A stretch of 64,000 nt of DNA from the NCBI GenBank assembly GCA_963796275.1, contig CAWCKY010000003.1, positions 1,472,001 through 1,536,000 on the forward strand. The letters run 5' to 3'. Under the pieces are notes generated by a model. The model saw nothing but the letters and a program-made list of their open reading frames with translations. It did no database searches and was not told where the DNA came from. This DNA is from an uncultured Acidobacteriota bacterium (GTDB lineage: Bacteria; Acidobacteriota; Blastocatellia; RBC074). The position numbers and the translations under genes are program-made. Shown in pieces: positions 21,601 through 30,254 of this stretch (positions are counted from its first letter, which is position 1; each line of letters begins with the position of its first letter).

Positions 21601-22277
21601 GTGATGTGGCCTGGAACAATCTCTACACCCTGGCGAGAGGACTGGAAGAGAAATACCCATTCAGGAGCGGAAGTGCCGCGGAAGTGCAGCCTTCAGAGCT
21701 CGCCGATTACATCAACAAACTGGGGCAATTTTTCAATCGACAGCTGAAGAATAGTTTCGATCGGACTCCGGGACAGTATGTCCCACTACGCCGCGGCGAG
21801 TTTTCCGATGAGTTCGTTGCCTACCTCAATAAAGTTAAGAATCTGAGCGAAGCGCTGGGCCTCGGATCACTGGAGGAACAACCGGGACAACCGGGGCAAC
21901 CGGGACAACCGGGGCAACCGAGATTCAGCTATGGTCTGAAGCTGGAACCGCAGCCGGGACAAACGGTCGAGATGAGGATCGACGGGCAGACAGTTAGGGC
22001 CGATGACGGACCGCAAACCGCTACATTGAACTGGCCATCATCCGGGCAAACCAGCGGAGTTGAGCTCGTAACCATTGAAAATGGGCAATTCAGTCGTCTG
22101 AGGAATTACGGCGGCGCCTGGGGAATTTTCAGAATGGTGGCGGAACGCGGAAGACCGCCATATCAGTTAAGCTTAAATGGCGTGCGTATGACTCTCCAGC
22201 CGCCGGGAGCCAGGAATAATCCATTCGTCGATTTTACACAAATTCGCGCGCCCAGGAGCGTCGCCAGGTCTCTATAA
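18681..22277 (+). CDS. tssM: T6SS membrane subunit TssM (IcmF)
   Basis: YGLPWFLIAGPPASGKTS, CDW, DSAGRY, RRQRPLDG, FPVYLVFT, GFTDFF, LRGIYFTS; C-terminal GAWGIFRM. Confidence 0.93.
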   Translation: MFSLSKNIKSIFINSALVSLTLIAFLLVLIFSEDIIVTIILIALILLFWPVRYLVRHYFKERAARMPSPDSQKNREEPIRPLRNYKNLEICAAVTIDFLRRNRSGAHGGEDAVYGLPWFLIAGPPASGKTSLMLSSGLSFSPLKSQRHADLDLLRPTDECDWRITDEAVLIDSAGRYQSEGANGANGANGANDENEAIRDNRTAAANGANRDEWLGLIDILKRYRRQRPLDGLVLTVSAASLMAMHSIAEVEQQARILRSRINDLISGVGAKFPVYLVFTDMDAVSGFTDFFSSLDVEERSGGWGMMIPLAQNGRAYSLFDTEFSQLIGSLMTRRLQRLSATEASGEHLNIFDFPLHLNAVRQKFGVFTTALFSPNPFSELPLLRGIYFTSSDGVTDRPTARSERGSTEEMRVRGKGFFTEGFFKNVLHRDRHIAATLQAIQVQPNWLRKLKLAVASFCALSLLLLMGMIVSYFNNLRLIGDAGRAGADLLRHFRSGVGGPAAKLSETETEDLGKLQDVLLKLDGFDRSWVGPVSHRFGLYQGGRIRLRLREIYFDFLAQRLLDHTLDAMANDIYRQTPAPIGTRAPDGSDVPGVPGGSVDPSVPAGKAASTIVSRQEQIDAAEQGYYDRLKAYLMVEQQERVEPVFLQQQLAPYWKEGTSAADMRHLYYYVEQASINGDDDQSIPRPQSDSPTVAQGRDKLRNYAAAKQVYNEIVNSIGRQGEPYRLRDAVGSQQGSVWFDDIGSLSIPYTFTKEAYYKHIKGEAWISAFEEIRGKSENDWVLQRPFDYQRVQPNDLRQRYERDYVSAWQKFLEGVRVKEFKKRNDAVEALDSISQQNSPFTTIFDQVRSQTTLSEPPITGGVIAWIKSFLTTKEKANTGVEKSFTAVRSFKIEDYLEKLKELRRRLNEIPGDEWRQVAAVAGDERYKKARDDARELLRSLKANPGSNSMATLLARPLDNIEIALGLGVEKDRDVAWNNLYTLARGLEEKYPFRSGSAAEVQPSELADYINKLGQFFNRQLKNSFDRTPGQYVPLRRGEFSDEFVAYLNKVKNLSEALGLGSLEEQPGQPGQPGQPGQPRFSYGLKLEPQPGQTVEMRIDGQTVRADDGPQTATLNWPSSGQTSGVELVTIENGQFSRLRNYGGAWGIFRMVAERGRPPYQLSLNGVRMTLQPPGARNNPFVDFTQIRAPRSVARSL
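19221..19310 (+). repeat. In-frame (GGGGCAAAC)x4 repeat plus degenerate copies inside tssM
   Basis: Encodes GANGANGANGANDENEAIRDNRTAAANGAN between GRYQSE and RDEW. Confidence 0.93.
21879..21920 (+). repeat. In-frame (CAACCGGGR)x4+ repeat in tssM (QPG repeat)
   Basis: CAACCGGGACAACCGGGG x2 + CAACCG. Confidence 0.93.
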
Positions 22278-22424
22278 TTCCTTCGCCAGCGGAGCATTTC
22301 TGCCTCCAATACTTATAGCCACGTCGGAAAAATTTTCTTCTCAATCCATCCGATCACGTCATGTTTCTCCTTCCCAACATCACTTATACACGAAGCGGAA
22401 ATGGAAATGTAAGTAGAGGGGATT

Positions 22425-23588
22425 ATGACAGCAGTTTCACCAATAACGGACCGCGAAACCTTACTCAAACCGATCTCGCAAGAATCATCCGCCGGCCAGG
22501 ATCTGCGGCATATATTGTTCGATCAGAAGAAAGGGATTTATTGGCACGACCGGATCAGAGAGGCCCATCGCGAAAACATTTTTGAAGACGTTCCGAAACT
22601 TCCCGACTGGCCGGTAGTCATCGACCTCTCGATACAAGCTCTCACCTCGCTTACTAAAGATCTACAGATCGCCGCCTGGCTATCAGACGCTCTGGTCAAA
22701 CATAACGGGCACGACCGCCTGGCCGGCCTGCGCGACAGCCTGAACTTGATCCGCGGACTGATCGAGGACTACTGGGGTGAATTTTTTCCCGCGAGCGATC
22801 CGGCGGGCGACGATGGCCCGTTTAAAGCGCGCGCCAACATCATCGCGGCCTTCGACAGCAGAATGGGACTCGCGATCAGAGCCATTCCGCTGACTGAAAG
22901 TATGTCTGGCCTCAAATACTCCTTCATGGATTGGGAGGCTGCAAGGTCTTTCGACATCCCCGAAAAAGACCAATTCGACACGTTCGGTTTCAGCAATATT
23001 GAAAAGTTCAACTTGCTAAAGGAGCAAGCTGAGCAGGAGGGGAAGATCACCGGCGAGGATTGGCGAAAGGCCGTCAACGGCACGCCATATCACTTTATCA
23101 AGGAGCGTCTAGAGCTGCTTCAAAAATGTACTGAAGAATTGAATGCGCTTGCTGATGCGATCGACCTCCGCTTTGAGCTGGAAGCGCCCAGCTTGAGGGA
23201 GCTTCGCAGATCGCTCGAGGATATGACATCGCTCATGAAGAAGCTGGAACGGGAGAAACGTCCGCCTGAAGTAGCCGATGGAATTGAGCAATCGTTGACG
23301 ACGGTAGAGTCGGATTTGCAGAACGGAGAAGCGGGCGGTTTCGGATTGCCCGGCAATATGGGAAGCGTCCGGACCCGGCATGATGCGCTGCGCCGCCTCG
23401 CCGATATCGCTGAATATTTTCGCCGCACGGAGCCTCACAGCCCAGTCTCTTATCTGGTGCGGCGCGCTATCAAATGGGGAAATATGCCGCTCGATGTGTG
23501 GCTGGAAGATGTAGTCAATGAGATGAGCGTCCTCGGACAGCTTCGAGAAACGCTGGGAATTAAAGCTAATAACGATAGTGGGAGTTGA
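22425..23588 (+). CDS. tssA: T6SS protein TssA (ImpA N-terminal domain)
   Basis: LLKPIS..AGQDLR, TKDLQIAAWL, C-terminal IAEYFRRTEPHSPVSYLVRRAIKWG. Confidence 0.93.
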   Translation: MTAVSPITDRETLLKPISQESSAGQDLRHILFDQKKGIYWHDRIREAHRENIFEDVPKLPDWPVVIDLSIQALTSLTKDLQIAAWLSDALVKHNGHDRLAGLRDSLNLIRGLIEDYWGEFFPASDPAGDDGPFKARANIIAAFDSRMGLAIRAIPLTESMSGLKYSFMDWEAARSFDIPEKDQFDTFGFSNIEKFNLLKEQAEQEGKITGEDWRKAVNGTPYHFIKERLELLQKCTEELNALADAIDLRFELEAPSLRELRRSLEDMTSLMKKLEREKRPPEVADGIEQSLTTVESDLQNGEAGGFGLPGNMGSVRTRHDALRRLADIAEYFRRTEPHSPVSYLVRRAIKWGNMPLDVWLEDVVNEMSVLGQLRETLGIKANNDSGS

Positions 23589-23715
23589 TGAAGATCAATC
23601 CCGAATACATAACGATGAAAAATGCAGACCGAATTTACCGGGTTTTAAATTTATACCTATCCACAAAATCCTGACTGATCCTGTAAATCCTGTCTACTCT
23701 CGTGGAGATAAATAT

Positions 23716-24270
23716 ATGCCGCCGAAACGTGAAAGCATTCAACAGAAGATCAGCCGCATACGGCCGCCCCGCGTACACATCACCTACGATGTCGAAGTAG
23801 GCGGAGCCAATGAAACGAAGGAACTGCCCTTCGTCGTGGGTGTGATGGGCGAATTCACCGGTAACCCGGCAGAGCCGTTGCCGAGGGTGAGAGACCGTAA
23901 GTTTGTACAGGTCGATCGTGACAATTTCGATAATGTGATGGGCGGGATGAAGCCCCGTCTGGTTATGCGCATTCCGAACAGGTTATCGCCGGAAGGCGGG
24001 ACGATGAGCGTCGAGCTCAATTTCAGGGAGACAGATGACTTCCATCCCGACCGCCTGGCCAACCAGATCGAGCCGATGAGGAAGCTGGTTGAGTTGAGGC
24101 AGAACCTCAACGACCTGCTCGCCAAGGTGGACGGCAACGATCGGCTCGGCGATCTTTTGGAGGATATCTTGCAGAACGCCGATACCCAGAAATTACTGGG
24201 CACGGAACTCGGCCTTGAAACATTTGCGGCCGAAGCGTCTGAATCGGCCGGCGACAAAAAGGAGGAGTAG
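23716..24270 (+). CDS. tssB: T6SS contractile sheath small subunit TssB
   Basis: RPPRVHITYDVE, ELPFVVGVMG, DRDNFD, DDFHPD; GGAG RBS before ATG 23716. Confidence 0.96.
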   Translation: MPPKRESIQQKISRIRPPRVHITYDVEVGGANETKELPFVVGVMGEFTGNPAEPLPRVRDRKFVQVDRDNFDNVMGGMKPRLVMRIPNRLSPEGGTMSVELNFRETDDFHPDRLANQIEPMRKLVELRQNLNDLLAKVDGNDRLGDLLEDILQNADTQKLLGTELGLETFAAEASESAGDKKEE

Positions 24271-25758
24271 ATGATCGACCCACAAGTGCAAAAGACTGAA
24301 ACGGCTGTTGTTGGGCGGCAAGCGCGGCCAGGATTGCTCGACGAAATCCTCGACAAAGGGTTGCGCGCCCGCGATGAGAGCCAGGTTGAACGGGGCAAAA
24401 ACCTCATAGCGGATTTCGTCCAACAGGCGATGCAGGGGCAGTTGGTCATGTCCAGCAACCTGGAGATGACGATCAATGCGCGCATTGCGGAGATCGACCG
24501 GCTGCTCTCGGCGCAGCTAAACGAGATCATCCATCAAGCAGCGTTCCAGAAACTCGAAGGGACGTGGCGCGGCTTGCGGCATCTCGTCTTTGAAACCGAG
24601 ACCAATAATTTGCTCAAGATCCGCGTCATGAATGTGTCCAAGAAAGAGCTGACGAGGGAGCTGGAGACCGCGATAGAGTTCGACCAGTCAGCGGTCTTCA
24701 AGGGAATCTACGAGCAGGAGTACGGTATGTTCGGCGGCGAGCCTTTCGGGCTGCTGATAGGCGATTATGAAATAAGTAATTCTTTTCAGGACATGGTTTT
24801 TCTGGAGAAGATATCCGGCGTCGCCGCCGCCGCGCACGCGCCATTCATCTCTGCCGCCGCGCCGCAGATGTTCGGCTGGGATAGCTTCACGCAAATGACC
24901 GACGTGCGGGACCTGGCGAAGATTTTCGAGCAGGTCGAGTATGGTAAATGGCGGTCATTTCGAGACTCGGAGGACTCGCGCTACGTGGGACTGACCTTGC
25001 CGCATACCTTGATGCGCATGCCTTATGGCAGAGACACTCTGCCGACCGAGACCTTCAACTTCCAGGAAGATGTCGACGGAAAAGATCACAAGAAATACCT
25101 CTGGGGAAATGCGGCTTATTCATTCGGCACGCGCGTCACCGAGGCATTCGCCCTCTATAAATGGTCGGTTGCCATTCGCGGTGTCGAAGGCGGAGGGTTG
25201 GTCATGGGGCTGCCGACCCATACTTTTGAGACGGATGATGGTGACGTCGCGCTCAAATGCCCGACGGAGCTAGCCATCACCGACCGCCGTGAAAAGGAGT
25301 TCGCCGATCTGGGTTTCATCCCGCTCGTACACTGCAAGAACCAGGACTACGCCGCCTTCTTCGGTGCGCAGTCGTGCAACAAGGCGAAGAAGTATGACGA
25401 TGAGAATGCCAATGCCAACGCACGGCTTTCGACGCAATTACAGTACATGTTCGCCGTCTCGCGGGTCGCGCATTATCTGAAATCGATCTGCCGCGACAAA
25501 GTGGGAAGTTTCATGAGCCGCATCGAGTGCGAGCGATTTCTCAATGAATGGGTCCGCAACTACGTCACGGAAGACGATAACGCATCGCCGGTCGTCAAGG
25601 CCCAGTATCCCCTACGCGATGCCAAAGTTGATGTCATGGAGGTTCCCGGCAAGCCCGGCGTATATAAGGCCATCGCTTACCTCAAGCCTCATTTCCAACT
25701 CGACGAATTGACCGTTTCTTTGCGATTGGTGGCTGAATTGCCCAGGTCTGTGGCCTGA
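24271..25758 (+). CDS. tssC: T6SS contractile sheath large subunit TssC
   Basis: FQKLEGTWRGL, EYGMFGGEPFG, AAAHAPFI, YLWGNAA, IRGVEGGG, CPTELAITDRRE, PHFQLDEL. Confidence 0.97.
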   Translation: MIDPQVQKTETAVVGRQARPGLLDEILDKGLRARDESQVERGKNLIADFVQQAMQGQLVMSSNLEMTINARIAEIDRLLSAQLNEIIHQAAFQKLEGTWRGLRHLVFETETNNLLKIRVMNVSKKELTRELETAIEFDQSAVFKGIYEQEYGMFGGEPFGLLIGDYEISNSFQDMVFLEKISGVAAAAHAPFISAAAPQMFGWDSFTQMTDVRDLAKIFEQVEYGKWRSFRDSEDSRYVGLTLPHTLMRMPYGRDTLPTETFNFQEDVDGKDHKKYLWGNAAYSFGTRVTEAFALYKWSVAIRGVEGGGLVMGLPTHTFETDDGDVALKCPTELAITDRREKEFADLGFIPLVHCKNQDYAAFFGAQSCNKAKKYDDENANANARLSTQLQYMFAVSRVAHYLKSICRDKVGSFMSRIECERFLNEWVRNYVTEDDNASPVVKAQYPLRDAKVDVMEVPGKPGVYKAIAYLKPHFQLDELTVSLRLVAELPRSVA

Positions 25759-25870
25759 GACACGGACCTGGGAAGGCCGCTTTATTGCAACTCACCGAAG
25801 CGGGGCGGCCGCTTCCAAACCCAATAACACTTAGCCATTCTTGGCACAATCTTGTAACTGGAGGAAATAA

Positions 25871-26359
25871 ATGGCGACTGATTGTTTTATCAAATTCGGG
25901 AATATACGTGGCGGAAGCCAGGATAGTGAATTTGCCGGTTGGCACCATGTCGAGAGCTGTAACTGGGGAGCAATGAATCCGGGTAGTTTCGCGACTAATA
26001 GCGGTGGCGGGTCTGCTAAAGTCACGATGCGAGATTTCGAATGCACGATGAAGGTCGATATAGGCTTCACATCTCTTTTTCTCGGGTGCGCTAACGGCGA
26101 GCACGTCGAGGATACGACTGTGGTTTTCCGCAGGCAGGGGAAGAACCCGCAGAAATACTTGACGATCAATTTAAAGAAATGCCTGGTCTCCGGGCTCGAT
26201 CTGAGCGGACCGGGGGGGATCGATGATTTTCCAGTGATCCATCTCCGCATCAATTATGCTTCTATGGTAGTTGAGTACAGAGACCAGAAGGACGACGGCA
26301 CACAAGGCGGCCATTTCAAGGCAGGTTGGAGTCTGAAGAAGAACGCGGAAACAGTCTAA
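25871..26359 (+). CDS. hcp: T6SS tube protein Hcp (TssD)
   Basis: 162 aa directly after tssC; F.K...I.G.S.D, W..V.S..WG, GGG..KV...DF, CANGEH, GW.L..N C-terminus. Confidence 0.9.
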   Translation: MATDCFIKFGNIRGGSQDSEFAGWHHVESCNWGAMNPGSFATNSGGGSAKVTMRDFECTMKVDIGFTSLFLGCANGEHVEDTTVVFRRQGKNPQKYLTINLKKCLVSGLDLSGPGGIDDFPVIHLRINYASMVVEYRDQKDDGTQGGHFKAGWSLKKNAETV

Positions 26360-26382
26360 CGCTCGGTCATTTCGCTGAAATT

Positions 26383-26472
26383 AGCCACAGAGTCAAAGAG
26401 CCTACGGAGAGAACGATTTTGTCGAACAGTTATCTCCTCTTCTTTTCTCTGTAACTCGGTGGCTCCGTGGCT
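26383..26472. repeat. Imperfect palindromic intergenic repeat (CCACAGAG...CTCCGTGG family)
   Basis: AGCCACAGAGTCAAAGAGCCTACGGAGA versus TCTCTGTAACTCGGTGGCTCCGTGGCT. Confidence 0.7.
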
Positions 26473-26481
26473 GATATTTTG

Positions 26482-26967
26482 ATGAACAAATACGATAACA
26501 ACATACGAATTATTCCATCCGTGCTCGACCGCCTTATCGACGAAGACCCTGATCGAGTGTTCGAACCCCCGCCATCGCGGTCGAAAAGCATCGAGGACCT
26601 CAAGCAGTCGGTCAAACGCGATTTGGAATGGCTGCTCAATACGCGGCGGGACGCCGCCGTCGCAGACTCCGGCTCGAAAGAGCTTACCAGTTCGCTGGCA
26701 ACGTTCGGGCTGCCCGACTTTTCGGCTTTCAGTCTCAAGAGCCCATCGGATCATGCGCGGATGCAGAGGATATTAGAGCAGGCGATCATCTCATTCGAGC
26801 CGCGGCTCGAGAGCGTCACGGTGACGCTGGTTCCTGTGCGCGACGTCGAGCAGAAGTTTCGATTTCGCATCGACGCGCGATTGAGAATCGAGCCGGCGCC
26901 CGAACCGGTGACTTTCGACACAGTGCTCCAGGCTGCCCGCAATCAATATACGGTAAAGGCCGAATAA
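26482..26967 (+). CDS. tssE: T6SS baseplate subunit TssE (gp25-like)
   Basis: PSVLDRLIDEDP, VKRDLEWLLNTR, FGLPDF, AIISFEPRL, FRIDARL. Confidence 0.94.
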   Translation: MNKYDNNIRIIPSVLDRLIDEDPDRVFEPPPSRSKSIEDLKQSVKRDLEWLLNTRRDAAVADSGSKELTSSLATFGLPDFSAFSLKSPSDHARMQRILEQAIISFEPRLESVTVTLVPVRDVEQKFRFRIDARLRIEPAPEPVTFDTVLQAARNQYTVKAE

Positions 26968-26971
26968 CCAC

Positions 26972-28855
26972 ATGCGCGACGAACTACTCAGTTATTACGA
27001 ACGCGAACTGATCTTCCTCCGCCAGATAGGCGCAGAGTTCGCCGCCAAATATCCGAAGATCGCCGGTCGATTGCTGCTAGAACCGGACAAATGCGAAGAC
27101 CCACACGTCGAACGTATGATCGAAGCCTTCGCATTTCTGGCCGGACGCATTCACTTGAAGCTGGATGATGAATTACCCGAAGTCACCGAGGCATTTCTCA
27201 ATGTGCTCTACCCGCATTACCTGGCGCCGATACCCTCGATGTCCATCGCGCGGTTCGCTTTTGACCCGGAACAGGGAAAACTGACGACCGCTTATCAAAT
27301 CGAGCGCGGTACGATCCTTTATTCACGCCCGATCCAGGGCACACCTTGCCGATTCCGTACGGCTTATCCCGTGACCCTATGGCCGATAGAGGTTGACTCT
27401 GCGGTATTCGAATCGCTCGATCCGGTCGGAAGCGGGGGCAGATGGGAAAGGGCCGAGATCAGAATCGGCTTGCATTGCATCAACAACACCCGTCTCAGTG
27501 AGCTGAAGGCCAGTCAGGATGAGAAATCGCACTTGATCGACTCTCTGCGGTTCTACCTGAGCGGGGAGCCGCAATTGGTCTATCCACTCTATGAAGCGAT
27601 ATTCAACAACGCTGTGGCTGTGGAGTTGCGTCCGAAATCGCCATCGAAGCGGAATAAGCAGGGGGACGATGTGAAGAGGGCGGTTGCGCCGATCAATCTG
27701 CCGGCATCGTGTCTGATGACTGTAGGTTTCGAGCCTGATGAGGGGTTACTCGGCTACACTGCGCGCTCCTTTATTGGATATCGTTTGTTGTCCGAGTACT
27801 TCGCATTTCCGGAGAAATTCCTGTTCTTCGACCTGGCGGGGTTGGATCTGGCGGCCAGGGAAGGTTACGGTGAGAAATTCGAGGTCGTGATCCACCTGCG
27901 CGACGTTCTGCCGCCGCGTGCGCCGGTGAGCGCCGAGACTTTCCGTTTGGGATGCGTACCGATCGTCAATTTGTTCAATAAAATCGCCGAGCCGATCGAT
28001 CTGACACAGGAACATCACGAATACCGGGTCATCCCGGATATCCATCAGCAGGGAGCGACAGAGGTCTACTCTATCGACTCGGTGACATCGGATGCGTCGT
28101 ACCTCAAGTCGGTTCACACCTTTCAGCCCTTTTATTCGTTCGGTCATGCCAGGGAGCGCGAACAGACGGGCAGTTTCTGGTACGCAACGCGTCGGCCTTC
28201 GCAGCGGAGAGACGATCTGGGCACCGAAGTTTATCTGTCTCTTGTGGATCTGGGCTTCAATCCGCGCGTGCCCGGAGTCGAGACGATCACGGCGCATGCT
28301 ACCTGCACCAATCGTGATCTTCCGGGCAAATTGCCTTTCGGGTCGGGGGCGGGCGATTTCGACATCGAGAACTCCGGTCCGTTGGCGCGTGTGCGATGTC
28401 TGCGAAAACCGACTGACACATTTCGCCCGCCTCTGCGCCGCGGCGCGCATTGGCGATTGATCTCGCATCTAGCACTTAATCACCTCTCGCTGGTTGAGGA
28501 CAAGGACGGATCGCCCGAAGCTCTGCGCGAGATTCTCATGCTTTACGACTTTCTCGATTCAGCCGCAACTCGCAAACAGATTTACGGCATCGAACGCGTG
28601 TCAGGCCGCCGTGTAGTGCGGCAGATGGGTTCGCACATCGGCGCCGGCTTCGCGCGCGGCATCGAAACGATCATAGCGTTCGACGAAAGACAATACGTTG
28701 GGGGTGGCGTCTTCCTCTTCGCTTCGGTGCTCGAAAGATTTCTGGGTTTGTATACATCAGTCAATTCGTTCAATCAGCTGGTAGCAGTGACCAAACAACG
28801 CGAAGGAGAACTAAAGCGATGGGTGCCGAGGGCAGGAGATCAGAACTTGCTTTAG
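26972..28855 (+). CDS. tssF: T6SS baseplate subunit TssF
   Basis: YYERELIFLR..GAEFA..YPKIAGRL, DPHVERMIEAFAFL, YPHYLAPIPS, EYFAFPEKF, CTNRDLP, WRLISHL. Confidence 0.96.
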   Translation: MRDELLSYYERELIFLRQIGAEFAAKYPKIAGRLLLEPDKCEDPHVERMIEAFAFLAGRIHLKLDDELPEVTEAFLNVLYPHYLAPIPSMSIARFAFDPEQGKLTTAYQIERGTILYSRPIQGTPCRFRTAYPVTLWPIEVDSAVFESLDPVGSGGRWERAEIRIGLHCINNTRLSELKASQDEKSHLIDSLRFYLSGEPQLVYPLYEAIFNNAVAVELRPKSPSKRNKQGDDVKRAVAPINLPASCLMTVGFEPDEGLLGYTARSFIGYRLLSEYFAFPEKFLFFDLAGLDLAAREGYGEKFEVVIHLRDVLPPRAPVSAETFRLGCVPIVNLFNKIAEPIDLTQEHHEYRVIPDIHQQGATEVYSIDSVTSDASYLKSVHTFQPFYSFGHAREREQTGSFWYATRRPSQRRDDLGTEVYLSLVDLGFNPRVPGVETITAHATCTNRDLPGKLPFGSGAGDFDIENSGPLARVRCLRKPTDTFRPPLRRGAHWRLISHLALNHLSLVEDKDGSPEALREILMLYDFLDSAATRKQIYGIERVSGRRVVRQMGSHIGAGFARGIETIIAFDERQYVGGGVFLFASVLERFLGLYTSVNSFNQLVAVTKQREGELKRWVPRAGDQNLL

Positions 28856-29973
28856 ATCAGAAGTCCTGCGCCGGGGAGACGGGGCAGGGGCAGGGGCAGG
28901 GGCAGGGGCACGGGCACGGGCAACTGGAATGCGTGGCATATCCTGCTACTGCGCAGAGGCTATTCGATGAGCCGTACCGGTTCCAATTTTTCCAGGCGGT
29001 GCGATTACTCGAACGGCTTTTTCCCGAACGGCTGCCCGTCGGGCGCGTCAGCGAAGAAGAGCGGGTCATCGCGCCTGTCCGTGAGGTCGCTCGATTCCGC
29101 ACACACGCTGCGCTGCGCTTTCCTCCCAGCCAACTCCACGATCTGAAGAGGGCGCAATCAGGGGAAGATGGAACCGATACCAACCAGCCTCAGATGGAAG
29201 TGGCGTTTATGGGGCTGACGGGGCCGCTGGGGGTATTGCCGAACGTTTACACTGAGTTGTTGATCGAGCGGCTGCGCAAAAAAGATCGCGCGCTTCACGA
29301 GTTCCTCGATCTGTTCAACCACCGATTCATCTCATTCTTCTATCGCGCCTGGGAGAAATACCGTTTCCCGGTGGCTTACGAGCGCGCCTCCGGCGAAGAG
29401 CAGTTCACCGTATCTTTGTTCGCGCTCATCGACATGGGGACGCGCGGCTTGCGGAACCGGATGAATCTGCCGGATGAGGGATTGCTCTGCTACGGCGGAT
29501 TGATAGCGCAGCGCCCACATTCGGCGAGCGCGATCGCATCGGTCGTCGGTGATTACTTCGGAGCGACCGCGACCATCGAGCAGTTCTCGGGGCAGTGGCT
29601 CAAACTCGATGCCGGGAGCGTGTCGCGCCTGGGAACATCCAACAACACGTTGGGATCGAGCGCGGTCGCCGGAGCGCGGGTCTGGGATTGCCAGTCGAAA
29701 TTTCGCGTGAGGGTGGGGCCGTTGGGCTACCAACAGTTCACTGATTTTCTTCCGCCCGGTTCAGCATATAAGCCGTTGATGGACTTGATTCGTCTGCTCG
29801 CCGGTCCCGAGTTCGATTTCGATGTGCAGCTGGTGTTGCAGGCTGATGAAGTGCCGGGCTCGCGAACGGCGACGCGCGAGGCGAACAAATCGATGCTGGG
29901 CTGGAACAGCTGGCTGAAGACCAGAGCACTTAGTTCGGATGATGAACAGGTGGTGTTAACAAACACTGCATAA
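28819..29973 (+). CDS. tssG: T6SS baseplate subunit TssG
   Basis: FQFFQAVRLLE, FMGLTGPLGVLP, FLDLFNHR...FYRAWEKY, FLPPG, LGWNSWL; start overlaps the tssF end. Confidence 0.95.
   Translation: MGAEGRRSELALDQKSCAGETGQGQGQGQGHGHGQLECVAYPATAQRLFDEPYRFQFFQAVRLLERLFPERLPVGRVSEEERVIAPVREVARFRTHAALRFPPSQLHDLKRAQSGEDGTDTNQPQMEVAFMGLTGPLGVLPNVYTELLIERLRKKDRALHEFLDLFNHRFISFFYRAWEKYRFPVAYERASGEEQFTVSLFALIDMGTRGLRNRMNLPDEGLLCYGGLIAQRPHSASAIASVVGDYFGATATIEQFSGQWLKLDAGSVSRLGTSNNTLGSSAVAGARVWDCQSKFRVRVGPLGYQQFTDFLPPGSAYKPLMDLIRLLAGPEFDFDVQLVLQADEVPGSRTATREANKSMLGWNSWLKTRALSSDDEQVVLTNTA
28882..28923 (+). repeat. In-frame hexamer repeat (GGGCAN)x7 at the tssG N-terminus
   Basis: Encodes GQGQGQGQGHGHGQ. Confidence 0.93.
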
Positions 29974-30080
29974 CATCCGGACCCGATTCAAGGAGGACGC
30001 TTTGATAAAAATGTATACACATACGGAGCCGCAATAACCAGAGACAAATTAACTTCATTATGGCAGTCGAGGATACCAGG

Positions 30081-30185
30081 CTACCGCTGAGGTAGAGAGG
30101 GTGCAGAGCGGCTCAGAGTTTTTAATAGTCGATTCATTCATTTTCTCAGGGCCGCCTCTGCGTTCCCTCCGCACGGTAGCGGTGG
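30081..30185. repeat. Imperfect palindromic intergenic repeat
   Basis: CTACCGCTGAGG..GCAGAGCGGCTCAGAG versus CTCAGGGCCGCCTCTGCG..AGCGGTGG. Confidence 0.65.
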
Positions 30186-30254
30186 TTGAACAATGCGTCA
30201 CCCGAGCCTTGTGAATACATAGCTTTTGCAAGCCTAAGATCGAGGATAACCGCT

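Noticed and set aside
23784-24530. Long antisense ORFs (also 27746-28468, 30818-31378, 61122-61850, 61475-62287)
   Set aside because: Shadows of well-supported genes on the opposite strand in GC-rich DNA; no motifs
25842-25858. Possible sigma54 promoter TGGCACAATCTTGTA upstream of hcp
   Set aside because: Spacing is one base short of TGGCAC-N5-TTGC, the -12 GC is missing, and it is very close to the RBS
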